Shown here: positions 37,961-51,698 of the stretch, piece after piece
Layout: the number at the start of each line of letters is the position of its first letter
Numbering within the stretch: the stretch's first letter is position 1
Assembly (NCBI GenBank): GCA_964016885.1
Contig: OZ024754.1
Span: forward strand, 29,636,001 to 29,700,000
Origin: Eledone cirrhosa
Taxonomy: Eukaryota
Direction: 5' to 3'
DNA: 64,000 nucleotides
Made by a program: the position numbers and the translations under genes
The notes under the pieces: model-generated
Databases searched by the model: none
The model's input: the letters and a program-made list of their open reading frames with translations, nothing else
What the model was told of the DNA's origin: nothing

Positions 37961-40900
37961 TACAGTTGCATTTATCTTGCTTTATGTTCATACGAGTTAT
38001 CACCAAGTCACAACCAGTGACCTCAAGAGACAACAAGGTCCGCCATGTTCAAGGAAGAACATACATACTCACACATGCATCTTTAGTGTTTAGACTTGTG
38101 ATGTACTTATATTGACAGAATCTTCCTTAGTATATGGGCAGTTCCCATTAGTACTATCTTTTGTATTTCTCCTATACGCGGGTTTCCTGGGATCTGCGAT
38201 AAGTAATCATTAGACCCCTTAGGTATCATTCCCAGAGCGCCTACAACCACTGGTATTGTTTTAGTTCTCAATTTCCACATTTTTCCAATTTCTATCTCCA
38301 GGTCCTTATACTTGCTCAATTTTTCAAATGTTTTTATAGATACATTCTTGTCTATTGGAACAGACATATCAATTAGCAGGCAAACCCTCTTTTTAAAGTC
38401 CTTCAATATTATATCAGGTCTATTTGCATCTATTTTTCGGTCTGTTTGGATGCTAAAGTTCCACAAGATTGAGATGTGATCTTTTTCAAGTATGGGAGGT
38501 GGTTGATGCTCCCACCAATTCTTTTGATGGGGCAGGTCAAAATGCTTACACATTATCCAATGTATGTATTGTGCAGCTCTGTCATGCCTGTTTAGGTATT
38601 CGGTTGGAGCTATAGGACTGCACATTGAAATTATATGGTCAATGGTCTCTGGTTGTTTTTTGCATACACGGCATAATGGGCTGCATCCATTTTTTATTAT
38701 GTTGGCTTGGTAATTTTTTGTTGGCAGACACTGATCTTGTGCTGATATAATCAGTCCTTCAGTCTCCGATTTCAGTCCAGAGGATGCCAACCACTGATGG
38801 GTTAAAGTTTTGTCAACATCAGGATTGTTAGCTCGCTCTGGGTATTTTCCATACAGAGGCTTTTCTTGCTATTTCTTAGCCAGTTTCTGTAGCAGTTCTT
38901 TCTTTGCAGTTACTTTTACCTGCTTTGCTTTTTCTGTGTTTTCCATTTCAGCAGTAAATGGGACTTCTGAAATTTGTAGTCCATTACTGTATCTTTGTGC
39001 ATCTTTTGTAATGGAATATGATCTTTTGATGCTTTCGTGTTTCAAAACGAGTTTGATCATCCAATCATGTGATTTCCTTAGATATGTAGATAATCCAATT
39101 GTTGCAGTTTTCAACACAATGTCTAACTGGATTAACCCACGTCCTCCTTCTTTCCTAGGGAGATATATTCTATCTATATCTGCCTTAGGGTGATGCATTC
39201 TGTGCATGGTTAAGAATTTTCGAATTTTTGTATCGAGCCTACGGATCTCTGTGCTTGACCAGTTGATGACATTGTAACTGTAGGTTACTACTGGTATGGC
39301 AAGCGTGTTTATGGCATCGATCCTATTCCTTGCATTCAATTCCGTTCTTAAGATTGCTCTTACTCTGCGGTAACATTCCTTCCTTATCCTTTCCCTCATT
39401 GTCGAGTGCTTGATTCCGTCTCCTTCACAAACACCTAGATTTTTGTAAATTTTTCTTGATCAAGTTCTCTTATCACGTTCCCCCGATCAAGATTAATGTC
39501 TGAACTCTTCAGCAGCTTTCCTCTGGTGAACGTTGCTTTGGCGCATTTATCTAGTCCAAACTCCATTTTAATGTCATCACTGAACTGCTCCACAGTGGAT
39601 AATAGCCCTTGCAATTGTTCATCATTTTTTGCAAATAGTTTCAGGTCATCCATGTAGAACAGGTGATTAATGGTTTTGTCATAGACTTTATATCCATGTT
39701 TTGTTTCATTGAGCATTTTACTTAATGGTATAAGTGCGATGCAGAATAAAAGCGGTGATAAAGAGTCACCCTGAAAAATTCCACAATTAATATTAACTTC
39801 TCCAGCTTCCAGTGATTTTGTTTCACTATTCAAAAGGAGTGTCGTTTTCCATGTCTTCATACTGAATGACAAAAACCTCCTGACAACGGGGGATATTTTG
39901 AAAATCTCTAAACATTTTTCAATCCAACTTTGTGGCAAACTATCGAATGCTTTTTTTATAATCTATCCAAGCAATCGATAGATTTTTGTGTTTATTATGA
40001 CAATCTTCCAGTATCATTTTGTTAACCAGAAGCTGATCCTTACAGCCATATGAGCCTCGTTTACACCCTTTCTGCTCAATGGGAAATAGGTCATTTGTTA
40101 TCAGGTGGTCATATGTGTATTCAGTTAGCACTGATGTTAAAATTTTATACATTGTGGTCAAGCAAGTTATCGGTCTGTAATTTTTGGGATTGTTTGTCTC
40201 ATCATTCTTCGGTAGCAGGAATGTAATGCCGTTAACTAGCCATGATGGTATCTTTTCTGGCTCCTTAACTATTTCATTGTAAAGTTGGGCTAACAGCTCA
40301 TAAGACTCTGTGAAGGCATTTATCCAAAAGTTTTGTATTTTTTCTTTTCCTGGGGATTTCCATTTGCTGGTTTTTCTTAGAGCCAAGCGCAACTGTTCAA
40401 CTGTTATATTTTCCTATATTTGTTCCTCAAGGTGAGCTGTATCTTTCATTTGTCTGTCTATCCATGGGGCATGTATGTTATGAACTTTTTCTTCGGCCCA
40501 GATCTTTTCCCAGAATTCTTGCACTTCCTCCTTGGGTGGTATTGATTTAGCAGTTATTGTTGACTTACCAATTGTTCTGTAGAAGTTTCTTTGGTTGTTT
40601 TTGAACATATTATTGTCCTTATAGAATCTAGATCGTTTTTCAAAGCGCCTTATACGAGCAGCTTTGGCCGACACTTTTTGCTTGATTATTTCTATCAGCA
40701 TGTCTATGTCACATGTTGATTTTATACTGTACTTTTTTTCAATTTTCTAAGTTTAGTTTGTTTAACATGTTCACCTACTTTATAGTTTCTTAACATTTCT
40801 ATGTCAGATCGGAGAAGGTTTATTTGGCGATTGATGTTCTCTTGCCAAGTAGATTTCTTGTGGGAATTCCTTTGTTTTTTCATCTTCACTCCACATAAGT

Positions 40901-41425
40901 GAGTGGTGACTTTAGCCGATGCATAATAGAGATGATTTAAATCAGTAATGTTTAGTTTGTTTGTGATGATAATGTTTTTGAGAATTATGTTAGTCTTGTG
41001 TATTATCTGTTGGTTCTGTTTGGAGTTCTGGATCTTAGGGAGGGTGTCTCGTTTCCCCATGTCAGATTCTTTCATTTTCATCCATTCGATCATAATTTCA
41101 AGTTGGCAAGTTCATTCTCATTCATTTCTTTATCATTTACGATCTCATTATTTTCATTTGAACCATTAGCTGATTTTTCGACCCCAGTCTGGTTCCTCTC
41201 TGAGGGACGCGGCCCTTTTTTACCCGGGTGACGGCCGATCCGGTATGAGATTTTATCATTAGACATTTACTTTATTTTGTCGCGTTTTATCCTTATCCGC
41301 CGGTAATCATTTCGTGTTACCACTTCTAGAACGAGTGTCAACCAAGACTAGAGGGATCGTTCTCCCCTAGAGACACGGCTATTCCCCGCCGGCCACCATC
41401 CAGGTATTTCTTGGTCACGGGGTTT
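37961..41425 (-). mobile_element. R4/Dong-type RLE non-LTR retrotransposon, long, frameshifted
   Basis: NYRPITCL, WIDYKK, GIFQGDSLSP, HLFYMDDLKL, R.EGGRGL, CRVC...ETIDHI...C, RHD, NRPDI, KY.DL. 3' end abuts (AAT)n. Confidence 0.92.
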
Positions 41426-42009
41426 TCTTTTTGTTGTTTTTTTTTTTTAATTGTTATTATCATGAGTGGTTCCTTAATGTGAGCATTGCGTGGCTTAAAG
41501 AATGAAATTATTAATAATTGTCTCCACTCCAGGCACAAGGCCAGCAATCACCCAGTGCATTACAATAATATAATATACTTTTTGCTGTAGTTGCCTGTTA
41601 TTGTTGTTGGCTATGTCGGTGGTGGTGCCGTGGATTTTTATGTTGTTGGTGAGGAAGGGGTGAGCCAGCAGTCCCATAGTTGTTGATGTTGACGTTTGGC
41701 CGGTGGCCAGGTCACTAAGTCAATCTATTTATATCTTTTGCTAGCCTCTCCCTTGTCTAGTGATACCGCCACCTTCCCCTTTCTCTCTCAAGTTAACAGG
41801 GGAATAGTGGTGGTAGCAACGAAGGAGTGGTGGCGGCGGCGATGGGATAGTGGTAGCTAGATGATGGATGGGGTGGTGGCGGCGGTGGCGTTGTGGTTAC
41901 TGGGTTTTGTGATATGTAGTATCTATGAGTTTGTGTTCGTATGTTTAATATATATTGTGTTGACATATTCCCGTAAAATTGGAATAAAACATTTTGTTAA
42001 AATTTGAGA

Positions 42010-42085
42010 CAATAATAATAGTAATTATTATTATTATTATTAATAATTATTATTATTATTATTATTATTATTATTGTTGTTATTC
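42010..42085. repeat. (ATT)n tract at the 3' end of the second R4/Dong element
   Basis: Read directly from sequence. Confidence 0.9.
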
Positions 42086-45000
42086 CTTGAATCTCAGTCA
42101 TTGATGTTGGTTAACTGGAAAGTTCGTTGGATTGAATATCAAGCCACTACCTGCAGCCTCAGATATTCAGGACGTATCGGAGGGTTCTTGCTGTTCCAAG
42201 TAAGCATGCCTTTTGAAGCGTTCCAAAAAGCGTGAAGGGGCCGATTTTCTTTAACCATCCCTGGAAACTTTTGGAGATAGTCCCCAGTGCGCCTATGACA
42301 ATCGGGATCACTTTGACTTCATGGCAGTTCCAAATCCTTTTCACCTCCCACTTTAGGTCCTGGTATCGGTTAATTTTCTCCCTCTCCTTCTCTTGCACTC
42401 TCGTGTCGAACGGGCAGGCCACATCCACAATCAGACACGATCTTTTTTCTTTGTCCACAACCACCAGGTCAGGTCTATTGTGTTCCAGTTTTTTGTCCGT
42501 CTGTATCCTAAAATCCCACAGCACCTTCACCTGATCGTTCTCCATCACCGCCTCTGGCCTATGCTCATACCATTTCTCAGAATGTGGTAAATTGTTTACT
42601 TTGCACAGGTGCCAGTGGATCACCCTGCCCATCACATCGTGTCTCCAGCCCTTATAGTGGGTCTGGGCTAGGTGTTTACACTCGGACACAATGTGAGCCA
42701 CAGTCTCCTCTCTCTCTCCACAGATCCTGCACAGTGGGCTAGCCTCCTCCTTGTAAATATGGTGCTTCAACCACTTCGTTTTGAGGGCCTGCTCCTGCGC
42801 AGCCATTAGCATTCCTTCTGTAGCCTTTTTGAGGTCTCCTCTTCTCAACCAGTTCCATGTCTGTGGATCTCTAAATTCAGTTTTCTCAAAGAAGGTACTA
42901 TGAAGGGATTTTCCCTTAAGGCTGCTCTTCCTCCTTGATGTTATTTCCTCCTTGGACATCCCCTGGCCTACTGTCCCCTCCTTCAGTACAGTTCTGAGCA
43001 TTGGCTCCTTACTATAGGTCACGTATTTGTATAGGTTGTTTTTCTCCATCTGAACACAGTCCTCTATGCTGATAAGACCTCTTCCACCCTCAGATCTCCT
43101 TAGGTAGAGTCTATCGACATCACTCCTCTTGTGGAACATGTTGTAGATAGTCAATAGCTTCCTAGTCTTCCTATCCATTTCTTTTTGTTCAGCAACATTC
43201 CATCTCAGAATTCCCGCACTGTACCTAATAATAGACACAGCTCGGGAATTTACTGCGCTTATGGCATTTCTGCTGTTCAGATGTGACTTCAATACGCTCC
43301 TTACTCTCCGAATGTATTCAGTTCTTAACAATTCCTTCATTTTTTTGTTCTTTATGCCATCAGCCTCCAGAACGCCCAAATACTTGTATCCTTCCTCAGA
43401 GTCAATTTCCTTTATCATCTCACCTGTTGGTATCTGGATTCCGTTACTTCTGCTCAACCTACCCCTCCTCATCACAATGACTCCACATTTACCAATACCA
43501 AACTGCATACATATATCACTGCTGAAAATACGGACAGTGTCAACAAGCACATCCAACTCCTTCTCACTTTTCCCGAAGAGCTTAAGATCGTCCATGAAGA
43601 GGAGGTGATTGATGGTAAGCTCTCCCCTTCCCAACTTGTATCCTGCTCTCACTTTTCGCAGCATAATGGTCAAGGGCATCAGGGCAAGGACAAACAACAG
43701 AGGGGACAGGCTATCTCCCTGGAAGATACCTCTCTTGATCTTCACGCTTCCCAAGGATACTCCAGTTGATGTCAACTCTGTCTCCCAGGACCCCATACTC
43801 CTGCCCAGCAACTGTCTGATGTTATCTGCCACCCTGAAGATCTCCAGGCTTTTGGTGATCCAAGAATGAGGCACCATGTCAAATGCCTTTCTGTAATCTA
43901 TCCATCCCATGGCAAGATCAGTGTGTCTCCTCCTGCAATTCCCCATTACCATCTTATCAATAAGTAACTGGTCCTTTGTACCACGTGATTTCTTTCGGCA
44001 TCCTTTCTGTTCGTCCGGTAACAAGTTGTTTGTGTGGAGGTGATGGTAGATTTCCTCAGACACAATGCTCGTCAACAGTTTCCACATTACGGACAGACAT
44101 GTGATAGGTCTATAGTTGGTAACATCATTACCCTTGATTCGGTCTTTCATTATCAGAACTGTTGTACCTTTTGTCAACCACTCTGGCACCTCACCCGACA
44201 CCAAGCAGTCATTGAACATGGCCGTCAGCTTCGGGTGGAGGGATGTTAAATGTTTAATCCAATACCCCTGCACACCATCTGGGCCTGTTGATTTCCAGTT
44301 GGTTAGTTTTTTGGGCTGCCCCTTAAGAGTTTCAACTGTGATACTCAAATCAGTTTGTTGTTGTGCCTGCTCACCGATCTCCCTCTGTACTGTCTCAATC
44401 CACCCTGCCTCGACATTATGTCTAACATCCTGCTCCCATATTCTATGTTTTAGTTTGCTCCGCCCCAGGGATCAAGTCGTTGCCTCTTTCTTTCCCCCCA
44501 AGCTGTCCAAACAGCATCTTCTAGTTGTTGTCGAACATGTGGTTCTGTTTATACTGACTGACTCTGTTCTAGTATCGCCTGATTTTTGCACTCTTTGCTA
44601 CAATGCGTTGCTTCAGTTCCTCTATGATAATATTTAGCTTTTTCCTCCTAGTTTTGTATTTTATTTCCAGTCTATTTTTAGTGCCTATGTTTTTTAGTGT
44701 CCCATTCAGTAGTGACTCAAGCTTTCCTATGTCATTTCTCATTTCCCCGATTTGCCCACTCAGTCGCTTCTTCCACCACGGCTCTGCTCTTTCTTGTCTG
44801 TTGTTTCCTCTCGCTTTTATACCAAGTAGTTTCCTCACCGTATTTGCTGTTGCTTTGAGGATATTGTTGCACTGGTGAAGGCTCCTCGCCTCAAGGTATG
44901 GGATGACTTTGTTTACCTTAGCTGTTATTTCTTTTAACTTTTTCCTGTCTACAAATCTTAGGTTCATAGGTCTCCCACTATCATTGTTCAATTCATCTAC

Positions 45001-45670
45001 CACTAAATTTAGGATGTCAACCGAATCTTGTCTTAGCCCGTCAGCATTCATCTCCTCAGTGGCCGTATCTCTGTTCCAGGTATTATTTATCTCAGTATTC
45101 AGATCATTGTCTGCTTCGGGTGGTTCCTCCGTTCTCAGGACCTCTTCACCTTCATTTCCCACTGGCTCGCTTGTCTGGCATACTACACCCGCCATCTCCA
45201 AGCCATTCTCTCTGCTCAGTTCCTCCAGTTCCAGCTCGCTTATCCACCCATTAATTCTTATTACCCGAGCCTGCCCGGCCAATTTTTGTTCATCTAATTT
45301 AAATAAACCAATCTCGTTCCAGATGTTATGCATCCGTCTCCTGTAGCCCCTCTCCTTGGGGTTACTTTTCAGGTAACATTGCATAACAGTTCTATTCAAT
45401 TCTTTCGTCCAGTTGGTTCTGGCCCCTTTCCTTCTTCTCCTTCCTCCAACATCAGCAGTATTTGGTTGACAGTCAGGTTCCTGCTGCTGAGCCAGGGGGC
45501 ACCTGTTGGGTGAGAGTCTGTCACATGACGTTCTAGTCTCCATTTCACCGTTATTCGAACTGTGTATGTTCGATATTTAAACACTCTTATCGAGGATTGG
45601 CGAATGTATGGTTACATAGCCATCTGTGGATCCGCCATTCCACTTGGCCCTTGTGTGGCAATATCACCAC
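42078..45670 (-). mobile_element. R4/Dong-type RLE non-LTR retrotransposon, near full length
   Basis: N-terminal ORF 44569..45543 (WTKELNRTVMQCY) and 729-aa ORF 42159..44348 with RT (FMDD), CCHC and PD..D RLE. Disrupted around 44350-44570. Confidence 0.93.
42159..44348 (-). CDS. Reverse transcriptase plus zinc finger plus restriction-like endonuclease (open 3' part of the element ORF)
   Basis: Uninterrupted 729 aa with all expected motifs. The annotated start is not the natural one. Confidence 0.8.
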   Translation of the reverse strand: MSITVETLKGQPKKLTNWKSTGPDGVQGYWIKHLTSLHPKLTAMFNDCLVSGEVPEWLTKGTTVLIMKDRIKGNDVTNYRPITCLSVMWKLLTSIVSEEIYHHLHTNNLLPDEQKGCRKKSRGTKDQLLIDKMVMGNCRRRHTDLAMGWIDYRKAFDMVPHSWITKSLEIFRVADNIRQLLGRSMGSWETELTSTGVSLGSVKIKRGIFQGDSLSPLLFVLALMPLTIMLRKVRAGYKLGRGELTINHLLFMDDLKLFGKSEKELDVLVDTVRIFSSDICMQFGIGKCGVIVMRRGRLSRSNGIQIPTGEMIKEIDSEEGYKYLGVLEADGIKNKKMKELLRTEYIRRVRSVLKSHLNSRNAISAVNSRAVSIIRYSAGILRWNVAEQKEMDRKTRKLLTIYNMFHKRSDVDRLYLRRSEGGRGLISIEDCVQMEKNNLYKYVTYSKEPMLRTVLKEGTVGQGMSKEEITSRRKSSLKGKSLHSTFFEKTEFRDPQTWNWLRRGDLKKATEGMLMAAQEQALKTKWLKHHIYKEEASPLCRICGEREETVAHIVSECKHLAQTHYKGWRHDVMGRVIHWHLCKVNNLPHSEKWYEHRPEAVMENDQVKVLWDFRIQTDKKLEHNRPDLVVVDKEKRSCLIVDVACPFDTRVQEKEREKINRYQDLKWEVKRIWNCHEVKVIPIVIGALGTISKSFQGWLKKIGPFTLFGTLQKACLLGTARTLRYVLNI

Positions 45671-46624
45671 GCTGTATACGAACACACATAAACAAACAAA
45701 CACACGGGCAGAAGGGCCCCAAAAATGAATAAGCATAAGTTTCATTGTAATGTAGTGTTCGAATGTCTGACTTAGTTTTTGTTTTTTAAGTTTTAGTTTT
45801 TCACCCCTCTTCTCTGTCCGTCCGCCTGCTTCTCTCTTTATTCTTATTTTCTTTACGTTTTTTGGGTTTTTTTTTGGTTTTTGTTTTTGTTTTTCTCTGT
45901 TTGTTTTTCTCGTTTTTTGCTGTTGTTGCTGTGCCGCTTTGGTTTTGTTGTTTGTTTTTTCTTTTTTCTTTTGAGTCTATCTATATATTTTGATGCCTTC
46001 CTCTTTTTTAGCAGTAGGGATTCTATAATGTGGTGGCAGCAGCCAGCTGGAGATGTGGAGACTGGCGGCGGTAGCGATACTGAGACAGTGGTGGTGGTGA
46101 TGTCGATACCGAGGCGGTGGTGGCGGTGATGTGACCGTATTACTGTAGTGATGGTGCTGTAGCGGTGGTAGCAGTGAAGGAGTGAAGGGGTGGTGGCGGC
46201 GGTGATGGGATAATGGTGGTAATGATGGCCGTAGTGAGCGGTGGTGGTGAAAATGCCGTTATCTGGCTGTTGTGTTTAGTGTACACAGGTGATGGGGTGG
46301 GTGGTGTATCTAGTTTCTGGTGTTGGTGAGTTTGGCTGTTCTATATAGTGTAGACAGAGGAGAGGAGGGGGGGGGGGGGTTCTTCTTCCATTTATAGCCA
46401 TTTTCTTTTTTGGATATACAGTGTACAATACAAAGTTGAATATTTGAATATTTGAGCCTTATAACAATATATTTTGGGTCCGAATTTTTTTGGGGCTCAA
46501 GCCGGGTGCTTTACGTAGCATTTGTACTAAGAGTTGTTATTTCACAAATGATTTAAATATGTTAAAAATTCAAAACTTACGGGAGCGATTTCATGACCTC
46601 CGTCACCTCGTGCGTCTTCTTCCC

Positions 46625-46659
<35 letters not shown>

Positions 46660-46684
46660 ATTATTATTATTATTACTAATAATA

Positions 46685-46877
46685 AAAATGTTTCTACTTT
46701 TGGCGCAAGGCCAGCAATTACCCCAGTGTTTTACTGGTGCTTTATTTTATCGACCCCGTATGGATGAAAGACAAAGTTAAACTCGGTGGGATTTGAACTC
46801 AGAACGTAAAGGGCCATAACCTTATGCTGTAAAGCATGGCGGCTGATGCTCTAGTGACACTGCCAAACTACTGCCCT
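46685..46877 (-). mobile_element. tRNA-derived SINE with (ATT)n tract
   Basis: Family consensus. Confidence 0.85.
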
Positions 46878-46889
46878 TTTATAATAATA

Positions 46890-47275
46890 AGATATATCAA
46901 TCCCCACGGATGACAATATATCTTCCAAGGAAATAGAGAAACTCTTCAAATATAATGGTTTCTACTTTTGGCACAAGGCCAGCAAATACCCAGTGCATTA
47001 CTGGTACTATGTTTTTATCGACCCCGTAAGGATGAAAGACAAAATTAACCTCGGCGTCATCTTCAAATATAATGATCTAGAGATAGAAATAACTCGAATG
47101 TGTTAAATAAGAACAGAAACAATACCTATAATAATAGGTTCTCTAGGAATGATGAAAAACACACACAGATAAATACGTAGCCAAAACCCCAGGACTTACA
47201 AATATATACAGCATACAAAAGTTAGCACTACTAGGCACTGCACACATATTACGAAGAGTAGTATCAATACAATAG
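46890..47275 (+). pseudogene. Old R4/Dong RLE fragment interrupted by a truncated SINE (46958-47057, minus) with a 15-bp TSD
   Basis: DISIP.D.NI..KE.EKL.KY / YNDLEIEI.R..TIPIIIG.LG. tcttcaaatataatg at 46943-46957 and 47060-47074. Confidence 0.8.
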
Positions 47276-47281
47276 AAACAA

Positions 47282-48213
47282 TATCAGCAAAAACTAATGC
47301 TCAAAGTTGTACTGGAGGAGAAGACAATAGACCAGGTGGTATTCAAGGAGGAAATAACAACCAGGAGGAAGAGCAGCCTTCATGAAAAATCCCTTCATAG
47401 CACGAAATTCAGAGATCCACAGACATGGAGCTGGTTAAAAAGAGGAGACCTTAAAAAAGCTACAGAAGGAATGCTAATGGCTGCACAAGAGCAAGCCCTC
47501 AGAACAAAGTGGATGAAACACCATATTTACAAGGAGGAGGCCAGCTCACTGTGTAGTATATGTGAGGAGAGAGGAGACTGTGACTCACATTGTATCCGAG
47601 TGTAAACACCTAGCCCAGACTCACTACAAAGGCTGGAGGCATGATATAATAGGAAAGGTGATTCATTGGCATTTATGCAAACTAAATAATATACCATATT
47701 CTGAGAAGTGGTATTAGCATAAGCCAGAGTCGGTGATAGAAAATGATCTAGTGAAGGTGGTATGGGATTTCAGGATACAGACAGACAAGAAATAAGAACA
47801 CAATAGGCCTGACCTGCTGATTTATGACAAGGAAAAAAGATCGTGCCTGATTGTAGATGTAGCCAGCTCCTTTAACACAAGAGTGCAAGAAAAGGAGAGG
47901 GAGACAATTAACCGATACCAGGATTTAAAGTGGGAGTTAAACGGGATTTGGGACTGTCATGAGATCAAGGTTGTCCCGATTGTCATAGGAGCACTAGGTA
48001 CTATCTCAAAGAGTTTTCAAGGATGGTTAAAGAACATTAGTCCAGCCTCGTTTTAGGAACACTTCAAAAGGCATGCTTGCTGGGAACAGCAAGAACCCTC
48101 CGATACGTTCTGAATATCTGAGGCTGCAGGTAGCAGCTTGATATTCATTTCAACAAACTTTCCAGTTAAATAACATCAATAACTGAGACTCAAAGAACAA
48201 TAATAATAATAAT
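47282..48213 (+). mobile_element. 5'-truncated, decayed copy of the 42078-45670 R4/Dong family
   Basis: FRDPQTWSWLKRGDLKKATEGMLMAAQEQAL, matching 3' UTR and (AAT)n tail. Confidence 0.92.
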
Positions 48214-49837
48214 CTGTTTGTTAGTCTCTCAACACGTATTACAGATCTACCCCGTAAGTTTCTTGTGCTGGCCATCGTTATACAACATTTTATATTGGCC
48301 ATGTATTATTGTTTTATAGATAAACAAAGCTCTATCTTCGCGAGCTGGTAAGTTTTTCTGTATTTGTAGAACTTAGCGGCTAAATATGTGTTTGTTTTCT
48401 AAAATAAGATGGCGGAAACAAATGTCCCTCTGCAAGACAGAACAGTCGGATGTCCACAGGACGGAAGAGCAACAGTTCAGCAAAGAATGACAACAGCAGC
48501 GAGCAACGGCAGCAGCAGCAACCACAGAAACAGCAGCAACCACAACAGCAGCAGCAGCAGTAGTACTACTACTACAGCAACAGTTCCACCAACGCCGTTA
48601 ACACCACAAATGACATCGCTACCACAACCATCATCAACAACAGCAAAGAGAACAACAGAAAGGCAAGGTTGAGAAGGATACCCTGCTGAAGGAGTAATTT
48701 GTGTGTGTATACATCGCAGAGAGATAGGTTTTTTGAATGACGCCATTTTTCTTGGGGGCGTATTTGCTAAATGCAAAGTTCAAATTGGAATTTCGCCCAG
48801 GAAGGCTAAATAACAATCTCGACCACTTCAAGAGAAGCGAGGTGTGTTTAGAAACAAAACAATATATTTTTTTCAAATACGTTCGCATTTGAACTGTACA
48901 AAAATCGCAAACTTACGGGAACAAACATTCCTGCGACGTGTATACTTCCACAATAATAATCCAGCTGTCAACGTCGAGTCTCGCTTTCCTTTTCGTCCTT
49001 TTCCTTTTTTCGTTTCGTCATCGCCACACAGTAAATGTCAGGCGAAAACCATTTTTTTCTCTTCGTCATCAAGCAGTGCTCGACAAGTGGATGATGCTGA
49101 TGCATTTACCAACAATAGAGGTAGCAACAGCGACGGCGGTGGTATTGACAATAACACCTGTGGTGACAGTGGCGGCGGCAGCAGCAGTGAGCACGTTTAT
49201 ATGGACCGAGACCTTCCAAAGGTGTACTGTGTTGGGTCGTCTTCAGGCGACTTACGAACTCGGATCATATCCTACCCAGACTGCGTCAGGAAATACATTA
49301 TAATCAAACAGATTAATTAAAATAGAAAACATACCTTCATAACTATGACACTGTACAGTCCCAAGGAGGGATTGTTTCACTAAAATAGTGCAAGAAGCGC
49401 ATTTCCCATAGATCATAAGCAGGTGTTTTTAGAAAATATGTCTTGCACTTCTAATAGAAATTAGGTAACTAGTCGTCAGCACGTGGAGAGAGAAAAGGGG
49501 AAATACGTGCTTCAGGCAGTATCTAGTGGCCTGAATGGGAAAGTAAAACTGCTAGAAATTGCAGCCTATGACCATTCAAATTAAATTGTGCTCAACAAAC
49601 AGAAATTTATAAGGAGCTAAATCATCAAATGAAGCAACGGAGTAAAGGACTTGGGTTAATCCTTGTAATTCAATGATCTAGGAGAAATTATTCCGGGCTC
49701 TTCAAAATATAATATAGCTACTAGCTACTAGCTATGTTTTTCACTCTAGTGGTAATATACCCCCTGTAATGAAAACACATTCTTTTCGTATGTTCTCTCC
49801 TCTTTAAATTATATATATATATATATATATCTGTTAT

Positions 49838-49861
<24 letters not shown>

Positions 49862-49869
<8 letters not shown>

Positions 49870-50334
49870 ATGGAAAAATTTGAACAGGGACAAAACAGAG
49901 AGGCAGTACAACGAATGTTTATTAATTTCACGCTCTGGAGAGTGGGGTGTTGGTGGGGGACGACGTTTCGGGCATAAGCCCTTCCTCAGGTGAGAAGTGT
50001 GTGGGAACAGAGTTCAAAGGGTGTGTAGGGGGAGTGGTGGAGAGACGTATAGCGAAAGGGAACAAAAAATCATAGAAATAAAATTGTAAGAACACAGGCA
50101 AAGAATCATATACGGAAATAAACAAGTACAGTAACAAAATCAAACAGAGGTAATGCGTGGAAGGAAAGACCAAGTGTGGGAAGGTGTGTAAAGTTCGGAG
50201 AAAGGTCACGGCGGATTAGATCGGGGTTGAGCCGGTAGTTAAGTTATGTTCCAAGGGATGGAAGCCGTGTGAGCGTGTATTATATATAATGGAAAAATTT
50301 GAACAGGGACAAAACAGAGAGGCAGTACAACGAA
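49862..50334 (-). mobile_element. Penelope-type pseudo-LTR remnant with ~53-bp terminal direct repeat and minimal hammerhead-like motif
   Basis: 49862-49914 repeated at 50282-50334. Minus CTGAGGA-A-GGGC ttat GCCC-GAAACGTC at 49959-49991. Confidence 0.7.
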
Positions 50335-50652
50335 ATAGATATTTATATAATGATGTAAATATTCAGACATATCTCTCTCTTCTATCCCCACTTTTGACCT
50401 ACTGTATCATTTCTTTTATCTTTCAAAGCTTTCTGACGAAAAGATTAACCCCAAACAAAATATTTCCTTTTTTGTTACTTCTCGCAAAAAGTAAACACAC
50501 ACATAAATATATATATATATGGGGGGGGGGGGGATGTGTGTGTATTGGTGTATATATATATATACAACTATGTATATACATATATACATATTTATTATAT
50601 ATATTATATATATAATATATATATATGTATACATATATATATATATATATAT

Positions 50653-51404
<752 letters not shown>

Positions 51405-51625
51405 TTCCAGCTTTGTGCACCTAACCTCTGCATGAACCCAACCACCTAGCTACTTTCCACTGCATATTGCACATTGAACACATGCCTTTACGCTTTGGCT
51501 TCTAACTAATTCACTAATCTCTCCTCTCCTATCTCCTCTCCTATCTCCATCTCTCTCTTTAAGATTGGTTACTCTTGAACTGTATAAATATATATATGAA
51601 ATAGCCGTCGGGGTTAAACATTTTC

Positions 51626-51694
<69 letters not shown>

Positions 51695-51698
<4 letters not shown>

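Noticed and set aside
45585-45680. HDV-like ribozyme at the 5' end of the second Dong element
   Set aside because: Could not identify P1/P2/P3 pairing, and the end may be truncated
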